Origin: Amoeboaphelidium protococcarum X5
Taxonomy: Eukaryota > Fungi > Aphelidiomycota
Direction: 5' to 3'
Assembly: GCA_023515725.1 (NCBI GenBank)
Contig: JALDTO010000246.1
Coordinates: forward strand, 219,680-283,679
Length of the DNA stretch: 64,000 nt
A program made the position numbers and the translations under genes. The notes beneath the pieces are model-generated. The model saw only the letters and a program-made list of their open reading frames with translations. It made no database searches and was not told the DNA's origin. Positions 12,286 through 24,548 of the stretch are shown here, in pieces (within the stretch, counting starts at the first letter, position 1; each line of letters starts with the position of its first letter).

Positions 12286-13878
12286 ATGGCAATGGAAACA
12301 TCAACTTAACGCGACTAACGCGTAAAATCATACAATAAAAAGTCATGGATTGTGGAAGCAGAGGAGCATAAACGTGATCAAACATTATATCTATCTCCGA
12401 TAGAGTGCAGCTGTTTGCAGGATATCTTTGTTACTCACATTTTTACTCTGCCCACGCATATTGATATTGACCAGTTTAAGAATGCTCTTGGTACGGTTTT
12501 GTCTAATTATCCCATGCTTGCTGGTAGAATGGTGTCTGATGGCATGGGACGCCTGGGTATTGATTGCAAGAATCAAGGTGTGTTATTGACTGTAGAATCA
12601 AAGCAGCACGACCCACTGTGGACCGTCAAGACGCTTACTGAGGACAATAAATTGAAGCTTCGTGGTCAATTAGTGAGAAAGCCCGCTATTTTGGTCCACC
12701 AACTCATCAATAAGTACCGCCAGAAAAATGAAGAGCATTTAAACGTTGTACAACGATTGAAGTATTGGCTTTATAATTTGTTCACCACTCGTAATCCATT
12801 GGTATCAATTAAAGTCACGTATTTGTCTGATAGTGCTACGGCAGTTGGCTTTTATTTCTCCCATGCTATTGGTGATGGAAGTTCATTTTATTGCTTTATA
12901 AGGGATCTGTTTGACGTGTTGGATGCATAAATTAGAGGGGACGACGCAGCTCTAAATACGGTCATGAAATAGAAAGTTGCCCCAGCTAGAGATCTTTTAG
13001 ATAAGTTCTTGAAAGCCAATCTTGTTTAGGATGTTACCGACTAAACTGCGGATTATCGCAAGCTTAACCTCCATCCAAAGCTTAGATTCTTGAGAAAGGT
13101 GCTCATGGCTAGAACTAAATGCATGTTCTTTGATATCACTCCTCAGTAGTTGGCTCGCTTTAAATAAGAAGTCGACTCTGATGCTGGGCGTGATTTGAGT
13201 ATAAAATTGACCACAATGGATATTTTACAGGCTAGATTGTGGAAGGAAATGTAAGCACTCGAGCGGAAGCATGGTCACTCAGTCAAACTTTTACCTTAGA
13301 TTAATATGCGTCCGCGTATTCACCAGTATGGTGATCAAGACGTCTAATACATTGGAGATGCTATTATATCTAGAGCTATTGATTTTCCTATCGCTGATCC
13401 TGATACTGCCTCTGTCGCTGTGGTTGCCCACGAGATTAGAAAATAGATGGGCAGTAGTGAATTGATGGAGCATTTTATTCAAGATATGAATTTTTTCTAA
13501 AAGTGGCACTAGAAAGGATTGTCCGAGTTCATTTATCCATAGTTCTCCTTGGAACGTAATTCAGGCGAAATCTTGGATATGGTGTAAACTTCGTGGATGG
13601 GATTCGATTATGAGTATCCAGGATTCGAACGCGTGAGACTAGGTGGTAAGTTTGATCGTGGCATTAAAGTTGGTAATGTGCATGTAAATTGGTTCTATGG
13701 TAGCATGGGCCCGAAAGAGATTGCCAGAACAACTATATATAGAAGAATATATAGAGATGGCTTTGAAGGTTAGTCTGGAGTACAGGTCTCATACTGTCTT
13801 CCGAATACCTCCTATAAGCAAGAGGAGATTAAGGCACTGCGACGCGCCTTTATCGGTGATATTGTCTCGTATGAGTGA
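12286..13878 (+). CDS. BAHD/transferase-family CoA-dependent acyltransferase (530 aa)
   Basis: YPMLAGRM, catalytic HxxxD (SHAIGDG), TTMDILQARLW, YIGDAI. Confidence 0.8.
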
Positions 13879-14071
13879 ACAGTACCTAAGTGCTGAACTT
13901 GATCACTACATGACTTACTGGTAGGCCTTATGTAAAATGTCTCTAGTAATCAGAATATGTGATCAATTTTTATAATGAAATGACTTCGTATAAAAATGCT
14001 TAAGACATAGAACGATTCATTTATTTCAATTATTACAAGTTCATACTCTAAACATTTTTTATACCAGAAAA

Positions 14072-15229
14072 TCACAAGAGCAGTTCAAGCACAAACGCCA
14101 TGCCGGTAATGACAAATGAGCTCATGTGCTCAAAATCAATATTAGCAACAGTGTCACGCGATGTGTGAATGTACGGACTTGACTCTTTGAAATGTCCCTC
14201 AAAGGGAAACGCTGATTTGTATCCAGCCTTATTCCAAGAGGCGTGATCGGAACAGCCGTAGCCACACTTGCTCTCCACGATGGAGCGTCCAGTGTACTCC
14301 TGCATCACTTTGCGCAGGAAACCAGTCAGCTGTTGGTTAACGTTATCAGTGATGATTCCGATTGCGTCAGTCTTACCGCGATAACCCGTCATGTCAAAGT
14401 GGATGGCAGCCATCACAGGGACGCGGTCTCTCTTGTACGCAGCAACAACATCCTAACTACCGAGGAGACCAGCCTCTTCCCCAGCATACCAGTGGAATTC
14501 AACTGGGTGACTAAAATTCAACTCGCCATCCCTATGAGCCTCACACATGAGAGTGAATATCTCCATGACAGTCACCGTACCGCTACCATCATCGTCCGCA
14601 CCGGGACGCCTCGAATCAAACCATCCCTTTACAGTATCGTAATGAGCAGATACTACGACAATCGGCACATTGGTGTGATCAGAGATAACACGTCGAGATT
14701 TAATAGAATTAGAAGGCTCCAATCTCGCAATTAGACTAAATTATGGAAAGGAGTGATCAAAGCGCCTGAAGGTCACTGGAGCACCAGTCTCCCTTGCGAC
14801 AGCCTTCAACTAAGCCTCCACCCATTTCGAAGAATCAACACCAGTCTTGCTGCGGTAATGACGATTCTCAAAAGAAGTCAATTCAGTCAATCTCTCACGC
14901 ATGCGGTCCAGTGAGAATGGATAACTCTTCAGCAAGGCCTTGACCTCATCCTAATGACTGACCTTGTCTGGAATGTCAGCACCTGACACAAGCGACTCAA
15001 CTAAAACAGAATCTTTCCCCAAATCTTGATGGTCAGTCAAATCAATAAACTTTTTTCCTTACAAAATCCAGTCTTCAGGATCAGCCCACACAGCATGACC
15101 TTCCGCATCAGACAAGAGTCTTAGATTGCCATTGTGTGAGTCAAGGCCGCCAAAGACGCGCTCCATCCAGAAAGGGACGGACAGGCAAGAGTGCACCAGA
15201 CAGGTTGCAACCACAGCGGATAATTTCAT
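14072..15229 (-). CDS. Secreted leucyl aminopeptidase, peptidase M28 (385 aa)
   Basis: Signal peptide; SAHYD, GADDDGSG, EEAGLLGS, CGYGCSDHASW, IHTSRDT. Confidence 0.92.
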
Positions 15230-15450
15230 ATTTAGAGATAGAGTTGAAGGTAAGGAGACTATAGTAAAAGTACACCTGAATATATTTTATAGAAAGAAAG
15301 AGATAAATGGTTCAAATACTTGTTAATCAATCAATGATAAATTAGACAATCTCCTAATCCTCCAATCAGACCATAGCGCTTTTAGATAATGACAATCAAT
15401 CTGATCATATGATCATCTCCGGTATGAGTGCATTTGAGCATTGTATATAT

Positions 15451-16710
15451 TCACCAGCCTAAGACCGTCTCAATAATCTTGCTAATAGTCGACTGCTACG
15501 GTTGAATATTGTTCACTTGTCGTTACGGAGGAAGAGTGTAGATGGTATTTCTAATCTTAGAATTCTCATCATTCCCCAAAGTGCTCCAACCAACTGAACT
15601 AGATTGAGTCTACTACATCTTTGCAATGAGCGGATCTTATTGATGCAGTAACTAGCTCTATGCTTATTAAAAAGTCTCAAAAGATGATTAATCCATGGAT
15701 ACATCAGCAACACCTCCACCGAAGCCACCATCAGTATTCATATCAAATGATTACTATTATTACCAATGATTAGCAATCTTAAGCTTTGAAGTATCCAAGA
15801 ATTAATCTGTATTCTGATACTTTCTAGGTCCATTTGGGGAGGAATAAGATTAAGATTTGAATCGATTACTTTTCAGAGGACTCTTTCTATCAGATCCCGT
15901 AATAACATCGGAAAATTTCATGGTATGATCAGATGGTGTACCTGGCACGGGATAACTTTAATCATCTAAAGATTCTCTGTAAGAACAAATACCAATAATA
16001 TATCCATCAACCATGAGTTCACCATTCTTTGTGAGTGCAATCTGAGCATAAAATTCGGATTAAAACTCAATATGCATCCATCGATCTTTGACGACATAAT
16101 CAACAATAGTTCCATTCTAGCCAAGGCCACGACCACCACCAGGAGATTACTTACTCTACGGCGATCTATACCCAAAAGATTAAGATGATGATGAAGTTCT
16201 CACATTAGCACTCAACTTTCGCAACACCTTTTCAGCCTTCTCAATTGGAAAACCAAACGTTGTGATTCTCCTCTTATGCACATTGTCCATATCCATACTA
16301 TTAAATGTTTACTGCCCATCACTATGTAATCCAACCGATGCAGGTATATTGTACCTGAGCGGCGTTCGATCTAACGACTTTTGAGCAGAGTACTAATGGA
16401 TAGGAGTGCCTAGGCTCATGGGAGATCCATCAATAGATTTGCTAGATCTAGGAGTAGATTCCAGAGTATCATAGAATGACTTGACCTGCCTCTACTCTGA
16501 CAAACTCTACTAGGATGAATTAATACTCTGCAAAGCAAATGGAGACTAAATCTTGGACTTGTCCTGACCACCAATATCTTGCGCAGACTTTTACTTTGAG
16601 GTGGAATTGGGAATGAAGAAAGACTTGACAAATGGACTAGCAGGCACTTGATTCTACGTATCCTGATCCAACCTGTTAGACTATCTGTCTAAGGATGGAG
16701 TGGTAAACAT
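15451..16710 (-). CDS. NUP53: Nucleoporin Nup53/Nup35 (419 aa)
   Basis: RRM motifs RITTFGFP and WMHIEFQS..AQIALTKNG; C-terminal amphipathic KIIETVLGW-TGA. Confidence 0.8.
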
Positions 16711-17382
16711 TGTACGGTACAACTGTATCGCGATTACTGTGATATTCTTATTATTATTCAGTTGAAAGTAAAGGAACAAGCGAGAGAACAACGCAACGAT
16801 TTTAACAACGAAAGGAAAGAAGTCCGTCGCTGAATAGTTTCTCTCTGGGTGTTTGTTGATTCACCGGTCAACCAACTTTTCAAGTCACTCGATCGAAAAG
16901 TAATTCTAGTGCTTTCGTTTCACATCCGCAATAAACTGTTCGTTCGCTTACAGTACAGGAAAGAATTCCAATGAACAAGATTTCTTAAGAATTCAAACTG
17001 ATCGATGCGCATCTTTGAATTATCCCGTTCCAATCTGTTTATTTTCACTGAGACTTTATGGACTTTCATAAGTTAAGAGTTATACCAGTATGTTAATCAT
17101 TATATCACCGATTTCCCACTGTTTATAACGCGTCAACAATTGGACTATTTTTGATCATTTACATTTAGTTACTGTGTCATCTCAGATCTATATATATTGT
17201 TGTTCTTTCAGTAAATGTTGATTGAGGAAATCGACTTGTCAAACAAAGCCGTTGTTTCTTTCATTCTCAGTTGATCTTCTTAAACAGTGACTTTTCTTCT
17301 GCAATTAATATTCTACTAGTATCATTTTTGAGTTGAAATATAATTTAGTCAAGTGTTGTTAGTACAAAAGATAGTATAAGAT

Positions 17383-18072
17383 ATGCCGTAAGAAAAGTAA
17401 GCGGCAAGTTTGCAAGTGTCCAGATTGTTAATGTGCGGTACTGGTGGAGTGGGAAAGTCTGCTCTCACTCTCTAGTTTATGTATGGAGATTTCGTTGAAG
17501 AGTATGAACCCACCAAGGCTGACTCGTATCGAAAAAAGGTTCCGCTAGAGACTATTGTGAAGTTTGCGCAGTCTGGTTCTGTAGGTGCCTCTGGATAGTC
17601 GAATGGTAATAATAATAATATGAAGGAGGAGAATGTTGTTGATATCCTCGATACTGCCGGTCAGGAGGAGTATGCAGCAATTCGTGATAACTATTACAGA
17701 AGTGGTGAGGGATTTGCTCTGGTATTCAGTATTACTGAGAATGAGTCATTCCAGCATGTGAGTGAGTTTAGAGATTAGATTTTGCGTGTGCTGAATGCAA
17801 GCGGTGGTGGTGGGGAGGCGAATGATATACCGATGCTTCTTGTTGGCAATAAGGCTGATTTGGCTCACTTGAGAAAGGTCACTGTAGAAGAGGCTCAGCG
17901 GAAGGCGACCCAGTGGAATATGCAATACATTGAGACTAGTGCCAAGACAAAGCAGAATGTAGATTAAGCGTATTACACACTGGTGGCCAAGGTGCGTGAG
18001 TATAAGATTAAGAAGGGCATTGCTGATAAAGCTGCAAAGAAGGGCCAGAAGAAGAAGTGCGTTGTGATGTAA
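17383..18072 (+). CDS. RAL: Ral-type small GTPase (229 aa if the TAA after the CaaX box terminates)
   Basis: [14 protein letters not shown], effector loop [50 protein letters not shown]. 3' end is ambiguous (see findings). Confidence 0.88.
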
Positions 18073-18151
18073 GCATAATACGTTGTAACAATACCATAAA
18101 TTTGCTAAAACTTTGACTTCTTAACCTTCACTAGTAATGAGAGAGTTTTTA

Positions 18152-19051
18152 TCACATTGGGCCTTTACGTGGTGATTACTTCACTTTAACACTATTAGTT
18201 GGTGAGAGTTGGTAAGGATCACTAAGCTTTTCATCATCTCCGGCGAATTGATCATCATCGACAATTACGGACGATTATTGACCACCTTCCACCTCACCGT
18301 ACGGATTTGAAAATGGTATAGAGTTCCGAAATGCAAATTTACATGAAAACTGGACAAGCGACACCAAGACACCAACCAAATTAGGACACCAAATATAAGG
18401 ATCAGGTTCACTGAGACCAAAGTATCCATAAAACGTCCAGAGACAAGCGTTTATAACACTGGCTATTAGTAATGGGAGACTGAAGACTGACGCGTCTCTA
18501 CTCTTGAGCACTTGAAACAGCGTGGACATTGGGGCAGCGTAGAAAATGACCAGTATCAGGATACAGCACCAGCCCATAATTTACTTACTTATTTAATCAG
18601 CACCATCCACCCCGGAATTGGGTATCTAGATAAAAGCAGCAAAGGAGGCGAACAAAATTAGACTTAAGCCAGACATAAAGAGTATCACCATAGTCCTCGC
18701 AGTGGTTTAGAAGAGCTTGGACGGAACGGCAGCAGAAATTCCACCAACAGCACCAGCACAGCGATAAAGACTGAATTGATGAAACACTGTGATAAAGTAG
18801 AACATTCCTATTAGACAGCCAATGACATTACTCCAAAATAGATATGGATTTCTAAGTATCGGTAAGAGGCCGTACATTGTCCATGCTAGCGCGTTACAAG
18901 GCATCATGGCAAAAGAAATTGGATTCAGAGTGGCAAGTACTTGAACAGAAGGGACATTCTTGCTTACAAACAGCCTATAAATTTATTGAAAAGGCGAAAT
19001 GTAAATTCCAGTAGCAGTCAGAACTCCCAAAATGGGCGCAACAGAGTCCAT
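18152..19051 (-). CDS. SWEET/MtN3 sugar transporter (299 aa)
   Basis: Two MtN3 repeats: YISPF..LNPISF..NALAWTMYG and FYAAPMSTL..INACLWTFYG..PNLVG. Confidence 0.9.
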
Positions 19052-19208
19052 CTATATTTGAGAGTACAGATAAGTAATACAATAAAGATTCGTCAACGGG
19101 AGATAGAGTGAACAAGCGAGAAAGTCAAAGACGAAATGCGGGAGAGGAAGCGCGCGTCTTGCAAGTCGTTATGTAACAGGAGAATTCCAAATATTTGTAT
19201 AAATGTAT

Positions 19209-20288
19209 TCAACTCATTTTAATAATTTCATCGCTTGCAGAAGCCGGAGTTAATACACCTAAATCAGTAAAAAGCATACTGATGTACTGAGGTGGAGTAT
19301 AATCCACTACAGGAACTTGTTCCTAACTGAAAGAAGTTCCAACTTGATCGCCGCGATGATCTGCTTCCATCTCTGCGACTTCTGATCGTTCGGGATAAAT
19401 GTCAAACTGGTCTAGAGGGAAGCATTTCACAAACTTGCAACTTTCAGCGACGCAATAAAATGGAACTTTATGCACTTTAGCAATAAGGCCAATCTGGTAA
19501 GTTCCAATGCTATTGATAAGACCACCATTTTCTACAATCGCTTCTGCTCCGACTAGAACCGCGTCCACATTCTGCATGTAATATCCAACAGACGTGTCGG
19601 TGATTAGACGCGAAGTCACGCCGTTCTACTAAAGCTCCCTTACAGTCGCCACACCAGTCGCTGATGGCATACTTTCACAGCAATACACACGAAATCTGAC
19701 ACATTCCTTAGTCTTGAGTAGTACAGCCATTACACTTCTGCTATATCCAAAAGTAAGTATGGTCATCCCCTCTTCAATGAATGGGACAGCGTACTTGATA
19801 AGGCGCGGAAGTTGATACTCCAGAACTGACACCAGTCTCTATCCAACGCGTATAATATAATCTGCAGGACTTTCGTGCGCATTAAGTTGCAATTGACTCT
19901 GATTCATAGATTATGAGGCTCCCACCTGGCTGCTGACCATTGACGGCGAGTATTGCGATATCATTCGCGTAAAAATATGAATGCCAGCCAAGACAGCGAT
20001 AGAAGGATATTCACCACGCTGGACACCGCTCTACTAAGCACCACCTCTATTAAGAAACGCTGCAGAGTTCATGCTGCTATTGGCAAGCTTGAGCTGATTA
20101 ATGTAAATGTTGATCTGATGCGTCAACTCACTCACTGTCAGCTCTCTTCTCCCCTCCGAACTCTCTTCAGAATCTCCATACGCAATATACTGAACAGAAT
20201 TTAGTAGAGCCTTTACAGCAGCTATTGGATGAGATAATCGCTCCTCCCTTAACACCTATTTATACTCTGCCAAAATGTCGAATGTCAT
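19209..20288 (-). CDS. GCN3: Translation initiation factor eIF2B alpha subunit (359 aa)
   Basis: [55 protein letters not shown]. Confidence 0.9.
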
Positions 20289-20398
20289 AATTTGATCAGA
20301 TCGGCGCGTAAATAGTAACTTGAGAAGAAGAGGTTAATGAAATATCAAGATATTATTACTTGATTGAACATATAATAATAAATACATTAAATGAGAGT

Positions 20399-22156
20399 TC
20401 ATTATTTACGCAATCGCTTCGATGGACTGTTAGATCGAGACCGCAGTTCTCGTGAAGGAGAATCTGATGCTCTCTTTGCCTTCTTTCTCTTTGGCATAAT
20501 CTAGTCCTAATCTTGATCATAATTGTCAGCATTTAAGGATCCGCTACCATCTTTTTATACGTGCTCTTCATCAATTAAACTGCCAGTTGTAGACTCTAGC
20601 TCATCTAAAAGTTCTTATTCAAGATCATTCAGGGCATCTTCATCCAGAATATAGTCATCATCCAATACCGATTCATCTCCCTCGTTTGAAAGCGATTAAC
20701 TCACTTCTTCATTGACACCGTTCTCATTATAAGCAGATTCAGACTTTTTTGGAATATTTGCAGAGTCAATTAGGTTCAGAGGTCGCCCTATACATAACTA
20801 ATCATTCTAAATAACCAAATAATCCAGTTCAGACAATCGCTACCAGTTACTAATACAATCATGAAAGTATTGCGGCGTAACAATCCATATTTTATCCTCA
20901 GGCTTGGCAATTTTGTTATGCTTTCTGACAGTTTCCACTTTGGCAGTTCCGGGATTAGCAGCTACCAGATGGGTGATATTCAGTAATGAGAAATCCGATC
21001 TCAACACCGCACCATAAGATGAAAACAACTTCCAGTCGTGGTATTTCGTGACATCAACTGCAGTTCCATCATTCAAACTGGTGGGAAACACGGCGGAGAA
21101 GCAGGCAGATACACCTCCAAGCACTTGACTCTTTCGCTCCTTTAGAATTTAGGCTGCATTTCTCTTATGGCCAACTTGCGCGTCCATGGCACTTGAACTT
21201 TTACTAAAGAACTAAGAATGCACAAAAGATAAAATATTTTTCAACTAGAATAGCTCAGTATCAGCATCAATATCGGGAAATGGTGCTTTACCACTTGATA
21301 ATCGCATATTTTGAGATGGAATAGAAGTGTCTTACATCTACTTTCCAGTCAAATCTTCAGACGACATTCTAGCATCAGCGGGTACATCATTAGATTCATT
21401 AGAGCTATCAGATACATATGGTGGGAGTGCTTTAACGGCTTTGCTATCAGGTGTCTATTCACCTGGAGCATTGATATCCTCGGTACCATAAAAGAACGTA
21501 TACGGCTTGACTTTGATCAAATTATCAGACCAATTCCACACATCCGACCTGTCATCCAAAATTAACACCATGGAGGAATCACAAGGGAATATATTCTTGA
21601 TATCTTTAGAGATGTTACTTCCACTCTCATCTCTTGTTAAAATGCGCTCCTTAAAGAGTTCATTGCGCGGATCGATGATAAGTCTGACAGCCTCAGCATA
21701 ATGCCGCGTACCCATAGTGTAGATATGAAATTCATACAGCTTGGACATGTCTTTAAGGAACTCGTACAATCCAGGCCGTAACTTGACGTAGTATCTGAGT
21801 CTAGGATCATGAGAAAGAGTAAAACTATGTACATCCTTAGTCACGCTCCACTACTATACTGTAGAATCATTGTGAATAACCTCTCCAATTCGCTGATTAA
21901 CAGAAGCATGGAGCACAGTCTGGTCCAAGTCTAGAATGAGCGATAACTTTTTCTCCTCCATCAGTCGCTGTGCAATCTAACGTTCAATCTTCTGTGCCTC
22001 GTTCTTGGTCACCTTAATATCTCTATGAGTGGGTACCATCGCAAACGTTTCATACTCTGACTTATCGCTCGTCAGCTGATCAAGTTCCCTCACTTCCTAG
22101 CCGCATACAGCACACAGTCCATGAAATTGAACTGGATGATCACATTAATCTGGCAT
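20399..22156 (-). CDS. FCP1: RNA polymerase II CTD phosphatase FCP1 (585 aa)
   Basis: CDHPVQFHGLCAVCG, LILDLDQTVLHA, VKLRPGL, ILDDRSDVW, BRCT (THLVAANPGTAKV). Confidence 0.92.
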
Positions 22157-22785
22157 ATCGATACTCAGTTGGTGTATTATAGCTTATACGAATGAGGCCG
22201 TTTATCTTAAAATTTTCCGAGTGTAAAACTATTCAGTGGTTTCTTATAAGTTTGAAGCGCGCCGGAGGGAGGAGTTAGGGAGAGGCGCGCGAGCGTTGAG
22301 CAGGCACTGGCTGGCTGTCATATCTGCAAAGTATAATGCTGTAATACAATAATAAGAAAGTTGAAGAAAAGACACAATTGGTAGTAATTAAATTTACTGA
22401 TTTTTTTATATTCATTGCTCTAGCGCTGAACAGCACTTTCGTTTTTTATGATGAGGATGCAGCTGAGAGATAGGAGAAGTTCATATAACTGTGTTGCCAG
22501 GCAGAGAAGGACCATCAGAGAATTTATAGACAGACCGCACCAACACAGAACTTCTGGCAAGCCTTGATTGTAAGCAGCCATGCATCTCAATGTAATAATA
22601 ATAACAATAATAATATAAACTCTTGCCAAGGAAATCTCTCCACTCTTAACTGAGGACTACAGAGCAGACAGATGCCTTGACAAACTTCGAATGGAGAAAT
22701 CTATAATCTAATATGATGTGACTCTACTGTGCTTCCAATGAAATGACTATAATACAAATGATCTACGGACGCACAGTAATACTCG

Positions 22786-23030
22786 TGCAGCGACGCCTAT
22801 GAAAGCTGACTACGGCGCCACATGCAACCAATGATAGAGGGCCAGCCAAAGATGCCAATGAAAGTAGACTACGGCACCAGTGGCGATGAGGAGAGGAGGA
22901 TGACTCTTGCAGCAACGCCAATAAGAATAGACTGCGGCGCCACATGCAAACGATGACGAGGACCAGCCAAAGATGCCTATGAATGTAAGCTGCGGCACCA
23001 GCGGCAATGAGAAAAGAGACTCTTTAGACA
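22786..23030 (+). repeat. Degenerate tandem repeat, ~60-bp units arranged as a ~121-bp A-B dimer x2
   Basis: Core GCCWAT..GACTRCGGCRCCA at 22795, 22854, 22917 and 22975. Confidence 0.75.
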
Positions 23031-23300
23031 TTGTTCGCAGCTCGCCAGTCAAAGAGAGATAATGAGATGTAAGACCAGCAAAGCTGCACAAGCGAGACTA
23101 GTGAGAGCACTGAGGATGAAGCAATACAGCATGCCTTGTATTAGCAGTCATCCATATAAGGGGGTGAGACTTACAGCAGAGGAAGGGACAAAGCTACCAA
23201 TAATCAGAGTCGGGCCAATCAAGTGCTCAAGTTCAAAATAACTCTGCAAGGCCATCTAGACTCAACCTTTGTCCTCTTCTACCAGCTCACTTTTTTATAA

Positions 23301-23549
23301 CCTTGGCATTGGCACTGGCAGCTATTGAGAATTTTTATAGGGCCAGTTAAACTTAATGCCAATACCAAGGCGGCGCGCGGGTCAAGCATGCAAGTAGTTA
23401 GCAATACCAGGACTCTCGGCATTTGAAGGCCAGTCATCACAGACAATGTCAATGTACATTTGGATTAAGATTTTTATTCAAGGCCAGCCAGAGAGATTGA
23501 TTATTAAAGTCCAGTTCAGCATTCAGCTATTCTAACAGACCCGCGCGCC
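23301..23549. repeat. Two adjacent inverted-repeat pairs
   Basis: CCTTGGCATTGGCA (23301-23314) / TGCCAATACCAAGG (23357-23370), 13/14 match; GGCGCGCGGGTC (23372-23383) / GACCCGCGCGCC (23538-23549), perfect. Confidence 0.7.
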
Positions 23550-23843
23550 AGATTTATTACACCAAGGCCACTGGCCCATTTCATACCCAGCTCTTTGCTG
23601 GGCATCTAAATTCCGGCCTTCACCAGCCACAACCCACTCAGCCATTGTTTCTATGGCCATCACCGGCCAACCCTTCCATCCGCCAGCAAACTAGCCAGCT
23701 TTTTTTTGACGGCCATCACAGGCCCACCTAGCCAGCAGCCAAAGCTCCAGCATGGTCCATAAACGACCATGAGATAGTCAGAGATAAATAAACTAGTCCA
23801 GCACCCCTTCGCCAAACAGTCAGAGAGATTTCCAGCCCGAGAA

Positions 23844-24548
23844 GCAGCGGTCCAACAGAATGACAGGCATAACCTCTGCTGCCGTTATGGTACAAACCTG
23901 CACTATAGGACCAGCACGAGCTCCATCAACCAGCGCCAACCAGAAAACAGAGACTTTCGGGAGGAAACACCTTAACAAGCAAAGAGGAGAGGACAAGTCT
24001 AAACTGGACTGAGGAGACACAGCACAGGAACTCTATTCAAAGTAGAGAAGATATTTCTCAAGCCCATTAGTGTAAGGCAATTTTAATCGACTATGAGCCA
24101 GCTCACAAACAGACTTATTGGGTGAGGCTCTCCTAAGTTCTGAGCTCAGGCACCACAATCATATTTGCCAGTCGGTGCAAGATCCTCCTTTTTATGTCTA
24201 GAGCCATTCCTGGATGCCCAGGTGACTTTTTGAATTTTTTATTCTTTTTTTAGCACCAAATTGCCTTCTCACCAGCCATTGCATCAGAAAACTAGACTCG
24301 ACTGGATAGCTGCGGTCCCATAGAATGGCTAGCAGAGCCTCTGCTGCCGCCATGGCACTGGCCAGCACTAAAGAACCAGCACGAGCTCCATCTACTAGCG
24401 CTAAACCAGAGGAAGGAGACCACCAGAAGGAGACAGTTTCAGAAAGCTAGTGAGAGGCAGATGGTGTTAGGCAACTTTTATTGAGCACGGAGCAGAGGAC
24501 TCCGTGTTGAGAAACTTTCCAACCCATTAGTATATAGGGTTCTAATTC
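23844..24548 (+). repeat. Diverged direct repeat pair (~240 bp each; 23844-~24088 and 24309-~24548)
   Basis: Shared colinear blocks GCGGTCC.A.AGAATG, CCTCTGCTGCCG, ACCAGCACGAGCTCCATC, CCCATTAGT. Confidence 0.75.

Noticed and set aside
22786-23030. CRISPR-like array
   Set aside because: The repeats are degenerate, alternate spacers are homologous to each other, there are no cas genes and the context is eukaryotic.
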